The position numbers and the translations under genes were made by a program. The notes beneath the pieces are model-generated. The model did no database searches, was not told the DNA's origin, and worked only from the letters and a program-made list of their open reading frames with translations. Source: Verrucomicrobiota bacterium (GTDB lineage Bacteria; Verrucomicrobiota; Verrucomicrobiia; JABWAM01). Taken from it: 64,000 nt of DNA. Numbering within the stretch: position 1 is the stretch's first letter; every line of letters begins with the position of its first letter. Below, one piece after another: positions 57,143-64,000 of the stretch. The stretch is taken from positions 3,873 through 67,872 of the forward strand of contig JAHFSY010000020.1 of assembly GCA_023269615.1 (NCBI GenBank). Reading direction: 5' to 3'.

Positions 57143-57619
57143 ATGCCCTCCTTGATTTTGATCTCCCAGGATTCTCCCCGCCAGGTTTTCGAGCTTGGAC
57201 GGGCAACCCTCATCGTGGGGCGTGATGATACATCCACCATTTTCGTATCCGATGTCAGCGTCTCGCGCAACCATGCCTCGATCGTCTTCGAAAGCGAGGA
57301 GTTTGTGGTGCATGACAACGGTTCCACCAACGGGACGTACGTGAATGGCGAGCGCGTGAGCCGACACGTGTTGCAGCATCATGACATCATCAGCTTCGGC
57401 TCGTGCCTTTTTCTTCTGGATATGGGCAGCACTCGAAAGGGACCGCGTGGCACCGAGGTGATGACGGTCAAGCATGTGGGTTCGAAGGATGGCAAGGTGG
57501 TGGAGATCTCCCCGAAGCCGGTCATGGGCCAGCCTGTGAAGCCGCTGAAGTTGATTCTCTCGTCGTCCAAGGTTCGCAGGACGAGCAGCAAGCCTCCTCC
57601 TCCCCCGACCGCGCGCTGA
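57143..57619 (+). CDS. FHA-domain protein
   Basis: Motifs VGR, VSRNHA, DNGSTNGTYVNG. Confidence 0.9.
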   Translation: MPSLILISQDSPRQVFELGRATLIVGRDDTSTIFVSDVSVSRNHASIVFESEEFVVHDNGSTNGTYVNGERVSRHVLQHHDIISFGSCLFLLDMGSTRKGPRGTEVMTVKHVGSKDGKVVEISPKPVMGQPVKPLKLILSSSKVRRTSSKPPPPPTAR

Positions 57620-58545
57620 TGGCTCTTCAAGACATCCCGTTTGTGGTCTTGCTGGGTCCGACGGCGGTTGGGAAGAGCGAAGTGGCGGTCGAACTGGCGT
57701 TGGAGACGGGCGGTGAAATCGTCTCCGCCGATTCCATGCAGATCTATCGCGGGATGGACATCGGGACAGCCAAGCCGTCGGCTGAGGAACGACGGGGGGT
57801 GCCTCACCATTTGTTCGACGCCCTGGAGATTTCCGAGTTGTGCGATGCCGCCCGTTTTCGCGCGATGGCGATGGCTGCAATCGACGGCATTCGCAAGCGC
57901 GGCGCGTTGCCGATTGTGACGGGTGGGAGCGGACTTTACATCCGGGCGCTGACGCAGGGGGTGTTTGATGGTCCGGGGCGTGACGAAGCGCTTCGCGCCA
58001 GGCTTGAAGAAGAGGAGACGCCCGTGCTGCGGGAACAGCTTGTGCGCGTGGATCCGAAAGCGGCGGCGAAGATCGGAGTGGGCGATCGCCGCCGCATGAT
58101 CCGGGCACTCGAGATCTTTGAAATGACCGGCACCCCGATCTCCTCACGGCAGACCCAGTGGGGCGGCCATGTTGCGGGGAGGGATGTCATGCCGCGCCTG
58201 GTTGGCTTGAGCCGTTCCCGGGCGGAACTTTACCGTCGTTGCGACGCGAGAGTGGATCGGATGTTTGGCGGGGGGTTCCTGGATGAGGTGAGGCGCTTGA
58301 TGCGTGAGGGACTTGCCCGGAGTCCCACGGCGGTGAAGGCCATCGGTTATTCCGACGCGATGCGCCATCTCTCGGGCGAGATGACGCTGGTGGAGGCGGT
58401 GAAGCAGGTGAAACAAAAAACGCGCAATTATGTGAAGCGTCAGACGGCGTGGTTTCGCCGCGAGCCGGGGATCGTATGGCTGGAGGTGGCGGATGGGGAA
58501 GACGCGGCCACGACGGCAGAGCGGGCACTCGGTGCGTTCTTGTAA
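57619..58545 (+). CDS. miaA: tRNA dimethylallyltransferase
   Basis: Motifs GPTAVGKS, DSMQIYRGMDIGTAKP, GGSGLY, AIGY, KRQ.AWF. Confidence 0.97.
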   Translation: MALQDIPFVVLLGPTAVGKSEVAVELALETGGEIVSADSMQIYRGMDIGTAKPSAEERRGVPHHLFDALEISELCDAARFRAMAMAAIDGIRKRGALPIVTGGSGLYIRALTQGVFDGPGRDEALRARLEEEETPVLREQLVRVDPKAAAKIGVGDRRRMIRALEIFEMTGTPISSRQTQWGGHVAGRDVMPRLVGLSRSRAELYRRCDARVDRMFGGGFLDEVRRLMREGLARSPTAVKAIGYSDAMRHLSGEMTLVEAVKQVKQKTRNYVKRQTAWFRREPGIVWLEVADGEDAATTAERALGAFL

Positions 58546-58606
58546 ATACGTGTAATTTTACGATTTGGATTTTTCCGTGCCTTGTGGCAGTCTTCATTGA
58601 TTGAGT

Positions 58607-59272
58607 ATGACATTTCGAAACATGCCGAAGATGGCAGTGGTGCAGGGGGACAGGATTGGTTTCTGGCTCCTGGTGTTCGCCATGTTCTGGATGGGGTGGG
58701 GGATTTCGCCCCTGTTGAGCCGCACGCCTTTGAAGGCTTCCTATTCAAAGCCGGTTCCGGTGGAAGCACCCGCCGGGATGCGCGAGTGGCGGTATGTGGT
58801 GATCCACCATAGCGGCTCGGCGGCCGGCAATGAGGAGATCATCCAAGGGGACCATTTGCGACGGGGGATGGAGAACGGGATGGCGTATCATTTTCTCATC
58901 GGCAACGGCACCGATGGTCTTGGCGATGGAGAGGTGGTGGAGGGACATCGCTGGAAATACCAGCTTCAGGGCGGCCATTGTCACCAGGATTTCCTGAACG
59001 AATGTGGGATCGGCGTATGTCTCGTGGGCAACATGAACCGCAAGGCCCCGAGCGCGCGACAGGTCAAGTCGCTGACCGGCCTTCTGTTGCGGTTGCAAAG
59101 CGAGTTTCATATTCCCGATGACAACATCCACGGCCATGGGCAGTTTTATGGCGAAGACAGCGATTGTCCCGGGAGATATTTTCCATGGACCAATCTTTGG
59201 ACAAGCCTGAACACGGCTTACCAGGTGCAGGTGGCCGGCGCTTCGGGCAGCCCGTCGGTCGAGAATCATTGA
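58607..59272 (+). CDS. N-acetylmuramoyl-L-alanine amidase (Amidase_2/PGRP-like)
   Basis: Motifs VIHHS, YHFLIGNG, IGVCLVGN, HGH, DCPG, plus an N-terminal TM helix. Confidence 0.88.
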   Translation: MTFRNMPKMAVVQGDRIGFWLLVFAMFWMGWGISPLLSRTPLKASYSKPVPVEAPAGMREWRYVVIHHSGSAAGNEEIIQGDHLRRGMENGMAYHFLIGNGTDGLGDGEVVEGHRWKYQLQGGHCHQDFLNECGIGVCLVGNMNRKAPSARQVKSLTGLLLRLQSEFHIPDDNIHGHGQFYGEDSDCPGRYFPWTNLWTSLNTAYQVQVAGASGSPSVENH

Positions 59273-59285
59273 GCCGGGGGCTGGA

Positions 59286-59999
59286 ATGACTGAAGCAAGC
59301 GCAAGCCTTATTCGTGAAATTCCCGAGCACGACCGCCCGCAGGAGCGATTGGCACGCCTCGGCGCTCATTCGCTCACCGACGCAGAACTGCTGGCCGTCA
59401 TCCTGCGCACGGGGCGTCGTGGTGTTTCGTCCGTTCAACTGGGTGACGCCCTGTTGAGGAGGTTTGGCGGCTTGAGGGAATTGACGCGTCGTAGCGTTTC
59501 GGAATTGTCGCAGGTTGGCGGAGTCGGCCCCGTGAAGGCTTCGATGCTGAAGGCGGCGTTTGATTTGCATGAAAGGGTCAGTTCGCGCGCGGCGCAGGAG
59601 CTCCCCATGGATACGCCGTCCCGTGTATATGACCTGCTGGTCGAGCGCACGCGTTCGCTCACGGTCGAGGTCCTGTTCGGCCTGGCGCTGGATTCCAAGA
59701 TGAAACTGTTGCGATGCTATGAGATTTCGCGCGGAATCCTGAACCAGACGCTGGTTCACGCCCGCGAGGTGTATCGGGAGGCCGTTGCCTCGTCGGCCGG
59801 GCATCTCGTTCTTGCGCACAATCATCCGAGCGGCGACCCGACGCCGAGCGCAGAGGATTTGAAGGCGACGCGCGACATGGTGAATGCCGGTCGTGTGCTG
59901 GGCATTCCACTCATGGACCACGTGATCATCGGCCAGCCATCGCCCTCCAATCATCGCGGCTACGTGAGCCTCAAGGAGGCGGGGATGCTCGCGATGTAG
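59286..59999 (+). CDS. radC: RadC-family JAB-domain protein
   Basis: Motifs RPQERL, ELLAVILRTG, HNHPSGDPTPS.ED, DHVII. Confidence 0.95.
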   Translation: MTEASASLIREIPEHDRPQERLARLGAHSLTDAELLAVILRTGRRGVSSVQLGDALLRRFGGLRELTRRSVSELSQVGGVGPVKASMLKAAFDLHERVSSRAAQELPMDTPSRVYDLLVERTRSLTVEVLFGLALDSKMKLLRCYEISRGILNQTLVHAREVYREAVASSAGHLVLAHNHPSGDPTPSAEDLKATRDMVNAGRVLGIPLMDHVIIGQPSPSNHRGYVSLKEAGMLAM

Positions 60000-60516
60000 G
60001 GCTTTTACCCGAGGCGGTATCGGCCAGTTTTTTCTTTTCCGCCTGCCATCGGGCGGATGCGCTTTTAACGATCCAATAACTGGCCAGGGCCAGGGGAAGC
60101 CCCAGCACCAGTGAGCCGACGAGCAGGGCCTGGCCGCATTTTCGCAGGACCTCAAGGACCTTGTCGCCCTCGTGGAGGAGAAGTTCAAAATCCTTGATGG
60201 TCAGCGACGGAACGTGATCCGCCGGGAGCAGGTGTTTTCCCACGAGATATTCGCCATAAAAAATCAGCGGAATGAGCGGGAAGAACAGGAGATGCAGGTT
60301 GAGCCCGATAAGGCAGGAAACTTTGTTGGTGCGAAACAGGAAGGCAAGAAAGATGCCGGTCAGGGTTTGAAGGCCAAAAATGGGAAGGAAGCTGACGAAA
60401 AATCCAAGGGAAAATCCAAACGCGATTTGTTCGGGGCTGGCTTCCTGATGAAGCAGCTTGGACCACAACCCCTTGATTTTTTCGATGTTGAGGAGCACAG
60501 TATAAAGCGCGCTCAA
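59971..60516 (-). CDS. DUF2062-like membrane protein
   Basis: SPEQIAFGFSLG.F.SFLPIFGLQT...LLVGSLVLG. Confidence 0.8.
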   Translation of the reverse strand: MSALYTVLLNIEKIKGLWSKLLHQEASPEQIAFGFSLGFFVSFLPIFGLQTLTGIFLAFLFRTNKVSCLIGLNLHLLFFPLIPLIFYGEYLVGKHLLPADHVPSLTIKDFELLLHEGDKVLEVLRKCGQALLVGSLVLGLPLALASYWIVKSASARWQAEKKKLADTASGKSPTSRASPPP

Positions 60517-60558
60517 ATTGCGCAGGAAATCAATTCAATTTCGTTGGGCAACTATTCT

Positions 60559-62097
60559 ATGAAACTCCCCACCCTGTGGCTTGCGGCTTGTCTTTCAACA
60601 GGTTTTATGTCCGTCGTTTGCGCCGTGACCACGCCGGGTGCGGCTCCTGCGCCGGCGACGGCTGTGCCCGCAGCCTCCCCTGTGGATGTTGCCAAGTCGC
60701 TCGGGAATGCATTCGCCGGTGTCGCCGAACGGGTGAGCCCGTCCGTGGTCGTCATCACGGTGACGCGTGGAGGACAAGGTGGGATTTCGGGCATGCCGGA
60801 AGGCTTCAGCCCATCGCCCGAAGATCAATCGGAACAGCCCGCGCCAAATGACCTCTTCCGATCGCCCCATCGCATGCCCACCCCGCCGCGTGATAACGCC
60901 GAGCCCAGCCAGGGATCCGGATTTATCGTCCGCCCCGACGGCTATATTTTTACCAACAACCACGTCATCCAGGGCGCCGATAAAATCAAGGTGAAGCTGA
61001 AGGATGGACGTTCGTTTGATGCGCAGGTCGTGGGGGTGCCCGATGAAAAAACGGATGTCGCCGTCATCAAGATCGACGCAAAGGGACTGCCCGCAGTCGA
61101 GATGGGGGATTCGGACGCCATTCGACCCGGCGAATGGACCATCGCGATCGGGGCGCCCTTCAGCCTTGATTACAGCGTGACGGTGGGTGTGTTGAGCGGC
61201 AAGTTTCGCGACCACCTGGGCGCGACGATCTACGAGGAGTATTTGCAAACGCAGGCCACGATCAACCCGGGCAACAGCGGAGGCCCGCTTCTCGACATTG
61301 ATGGCAAGGTGGTTGGGATCAACACGCTGATCCGGACGCGGCCTGGATTCACGTTTTACAATGCCAATGTCGGCTTTGCCATTCCCATCAAGCTTGCGCA
61401 GAAGATTGGAAACCTTCTCATTACCAAGGGCAAGGTCGAGCGTCCGTGGATCGGCGTGGATATTCGAACCCTTGAGGAGGCCACGGAGCTGAAGGGGGTG
61501 ATCAAGGGCGTCAGCAAGGGAGTGGTGATCCAGTCCATCCGTCCCGACACTCCGGCGTACCAGTCGGGGCTGGCGCCATTGGATGTCATCACGACCATTG
61601 ACGGGGTGGCGGTCAACACCGCGCGTGATTTGCAGAAGCAGGTTCTCGAAAAGAAAATCGGGCAGGTCGTCCGGCTCAACGTGATGCGCAATGGTGCGCA
61701 AGTTGCCTTGGAGGTCAAGACGGGTCTCCAGCCCTCCACCCAGCAGATTTCCGCGCCTCTGGCGCCGACCCCCCAGCCGCTGCCACCGGGGCTGATTTAT
61801 GGGCTGACTGTTCAACCGGTGACGCAGAAAATCATCGACCAGTACAGCCTTGCGGAAAAGCACGGTCTGTACGTGGTGGATGTGGAGGAGGAGTCTCCTG
61901 CCGCCCGCTGTGGGATGGAACCCGGAATGGTGATCACGGAAGTGGATGGCAGGAAGGTTGCCACCACCCAGGCTCTGAAGGATGAGTTGAAGAAGGCGGA
62001 CCCCAAGCGCGGCCTGCCGCTTCAGGTTTCCAAGGGGGGGATCAAGAGCTTCGTCATCCTGAGACTCGTCCCGTCATCGCGCTCGGATGGGGATTGA
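60559..62097 (+). CDS. htrA: DegP/HtrA serine protease with two PDZ domains
   Basis: Signal peptide and motifs GSGFI, TNNHV, DVAVIKI, INPGNSGGPL. Confidence 0.93.
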   Translation: MKLPTLWLAACLSTGFMSVVCAVTTPGAAPAPATAVPAASPVDVAKSLGNAFAGVAERVSPSVVVITVTRGGQGGISGMPEGFSPSPEDQSEQPAPNDLFRSPHRMPTPPRDNAEPSQGSGFIVRPDGYIFTNNHVIQGADKIKVKLKDGRSFDAQVVGVPDEKTDVAVIKIDAKGLPAVEMGDSDAIRPGEWTIAIGAPFSLDYSVTVGVLSGKFRDHLGATIYEEYLQTQATINPGNSGGPLLDIDGKVVGINTLIRTRPGFTFYNANVGFAIPIKLAQKIGNLLITKGKVERPWIGVDIRTLEEATELKGVIKGVSKGVVIQSIRPDTPAYQSGLAPLDVITTIDGVAVNTARDLQKQVLEKKIGQVVRLNVMRNGAQVALEVKTGLQPSTQQISAPLAPTPQPLPPGLIYGLTVQPVTQKIIDQYSLAEKHGLYVVDVEEESPAARCGMEPGMVITEVDGRKVATTQALKDELKKADPKRGLPLQVSKGGIKSFVILRLVPSSRSDGD

Positions 62098-63705
62098 TCA
62101 GGCGACAAGCCTGTAGATTTTCGCGAGCTCGAGGACTGCGGAATTCGAGAGGCTGATCAGGTAGCCTGGCGCGATGCCCACCACGAACATCAGCGCGACC
62201 AGGACGCCCGAGACCAGCCGTTCCCTCATGCTGAGATCGGGCATGGCATTCCATTTGTCGTCCTGCGGCCCGAAGAATATGCCCTTCATCATCCGAAGCA
62301 GGTAAAGGGCTGCCAGCAGGATGCCGATTGCCGCGACGCAGGTGAATCCGATCTGGAGCGGGAATGCGCCCCGGAAAATCATGAATTCGCCCACGAAGCC
62401 GGCAAGCCCCGGGAGTCCCAGCGAAGTGAAGAGGGTGACGCCCATCAGGCCGCACATGACCGGGACCGTTTTGCGCAAGCCTCCGAGGTCGGCCAGCGCG
62501 CGTGTCTGGGCGCGCTGCTCGATGAGTCCGACGAAATAGAACAAGCCTGCCGCACTCAACCCGTGGGCGAACATCTGGAGAATCACGCCGTTGAGGGCCA
62601 GCGCCTTGTCGTTCACGTTGCCGGTGACGGAAGCAACGGCAAAAACGCCGAGCATGCAGTAACCAAGGTGGCTTACGCTGGAATAGGCGACCAGCGTCTT
62701 GAGGTCGCGCTGGGCCATGGCGGCGAGCGCCCCGAACACGATGGTGGCTACGGCGAGGAAAAGCAGTGTGGTGGCGTGCGCGGCAATCGAGGGGCTGAAG
62801 AGCGGCAGGATGACCCGCAGGAAACCATACACGCCCATCTTGGACATCAATCCCGTCAACAGCATCGATCCCGCCGTGGGGGCCTGGGTGTAGGTGACGG
62901 GCAGCCACGTGTGGAACGGCCACAGCGGAACTTTCACGGCAAACCCGGCGAACACGAGCAGGAAGACCAGGGTGACCGCGTGATTCATGAGGAACGGAAC
63001 GCCGATCGAACCCGCGAGGTTTTCAATTTTAGAGGAGAGGACGCTGTGGACTCCATCCGTGGGGAGAGCCATCTTTGCCAGGTCAATAAAATCCCATGAG
63101 TCCGTGGCAAGATAGATGAACTGCATGCCGATCACCATCGCGACGCTCCCGACAAAGGTGTAGATGAAAAACTGGTATGCCGCGTGCGTGCGATCCTCGT
63201 TGCCGAACAGCTTGATCAGGAAAAACATCGGCACGAGTGACATTTCCCAGAAGATGAACCAGTGGAAAAAATTCAGCGCCGTGAACGCTCCGTAAAGGCC
63301 CGTCTGCTCGAGGAGGATCAGTGTGTAAAACGTCTTGCATCCCGCCTTGCTCGGCTCAGGCGCCCCAATCGACCTGAATGATCCCAGGATCGTGAGGGGT
63401 GTGATGATGGACACCAGCAACACCATGGCAATGCTGAGCCCATCCACCCCCACGAAATAATCCACGTGAAAGGAGGGGATCCATGCGGCCTTGAATGAAA
63501 ATTGGATTGAGGAGATGGATGAATCGTACTTCTGGATCATCCGCATCAGGGGCAGCAACGGGGAAAGACTGGCGAAGAATGCAAGCAGGCGGATACTCCT
63601 GACGTCGGACCGGTGGAGAAACAGGAGCAGCAGGGCGCCGATGCACGGCAGGAATGTCATCGGAGTGATGATGTCATTTCGCAGATATTCGAGGATGGGA
63701 TTCAT
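62098..63705 (-). CDS. nuoM: NADH-quinone oxidoreductase subunit M
   Basis: Motifs GVDGLS, FWE..LVPMF, KVPLWPFHTWLP, SKMG.YG, AYSSVSH.G, GLPGLAGFVGEF. Confidence 0.93.
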   Translation of the reverse strand: MNPILEYLRNDIITPMTFLPCIGALLLLFLHRSDVRSIRLLAFFASLSPLLPLMRMIQKYDSSISSIQFSFKAAWIPSFHVDYFVGVDGLSIAMVLLVSIITPLTILGSFRSIGAPEPSKAGCKTFYTLILLEQTGLYGAFTALNFFHWFIFWEMSLVPMFFLIKLFGNEDRTHAAYQFFIYTFVGSVAMVIGMQFIYLATDSWDFIDLAKMALPTDGVHSVLSSKIENLAGSIGVPFLMNHAVTLVFLLVFAGFAVKVPLWPFHTWLPVTYTQAPTAGSMLLTGLMSKMGVYGFLRVILPLFSPSIAAHATTLLFLAVATIVFGALAAMAQRDLKTLVAYSSVSHLGYCMLGVFAVASVTGNVNDKALALNGVILQMFAHGLSAAGLFYFVGLIEQRAQTRALADLGGLRKTVPVMCGLMGVTLFTSLGLPGLAGFVGEFMIFRGAFPLQIGFTCVAAIGILLAALYLLRMMKGIFFGPQDDKWNAMPDLSMRERLVSGVLVALMFVVGIAPGYLISLSNSAVLELAKIYRLVA

Positions 63706-63711
63706 GGGCGA

Positions 63712-63999
63712 TCAACGATTTCCGAAATAAAGTGCCAGAATAAAAAGGAGGATGATCCCGAGGCTGGTGAGTTTGAGATAATGCTGCGAGAGGCCGTTCT
63801 GTATCCAGCGGTTCCACCCGGCGGCCTTGCGCATCGTGGAGCAACCCTTGTCGAAGCCGCCGTTGATCGCCATGTCGTCCATCAACTGGCTGACGAGCGA
63901 GAGGACGTAAACCACCATTGAACTGCCAAGGACAAACAAACCGTTCAGCACATAGCGGTCGAAGAGTGAAACCCCGCGTGCAAACGCATTCGTGAATGC
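63712..63999 (-). CDS. nuoL: NADH-quinone oxidoreductase subunit L, C-terminal part (runs off the window)
   Basis: Frame is open to the window edge. FDRYVLNG...DDMAING...IQNG..QHY, directly upstream of nuoM. Confidence 0.8.
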   Translation of the reverse strand, partial: AFTNAFARGVSLFDRYVLNGLFVLGSSMVVYVLSLVSQLMDDMAINGGFDKGCSTMRKAAGWNRWIQNGLSQHYLKLTSLGIILLFILALYFGNR

Positions 64000-64000
64000 G

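Noticed and set aside
59286..59999. radC as a marker of a prophage or ICE
   Set aside because: It is the full-length chromosomal type among housekeeping genes, with no mobility genes nearby.

Overview
A GC-rich bacterial chromosome window, probably PVC superphylum or Verrucomicrobiota (inferred from protein style, such as the EF-P 'TPGNLR' loop and the GalK 'GRIELLGNHTDY' motif). Most of it is housekeeping and envelope genes: proB, trpD, ribD-aroQ-accB-accC-pfk, efp, aroB, galK-like, hisC, comM, ackA-xfp, cdaA-glmM, wecB, miaA, radC, htrA, nuoM/nuoL and three glycosylation clusters. I found no rRNA, tRNA, CRISPR array, transposase or integrase. The main unexplained structure is a dense set of small repeats at many gene junctions: several GTAG REP/REPIN families, cruciform elements, and 7-bp and 8-10-bp period tandem motifs. 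These repeats bracket accessory genes (two toxin-antitoxin pairs, a cassette-like lipoprotein and a 3-kb insert inside a split REP doublet) and also sit in frame inside proteins. Other candidates for follow-up are: a cupredoxin-like/Cache/Ser-Thr kinase/Tat-ferritin signalling cluster; an SDR + atypical DapA-like + DHOD-like enzyme trio; an unannotated 49-aa mini-CdaR between cdaA and glmM; and a nucleotidyltransferase with a small partner gene. All family calls come from motif recognition by eye, and no searches were run.
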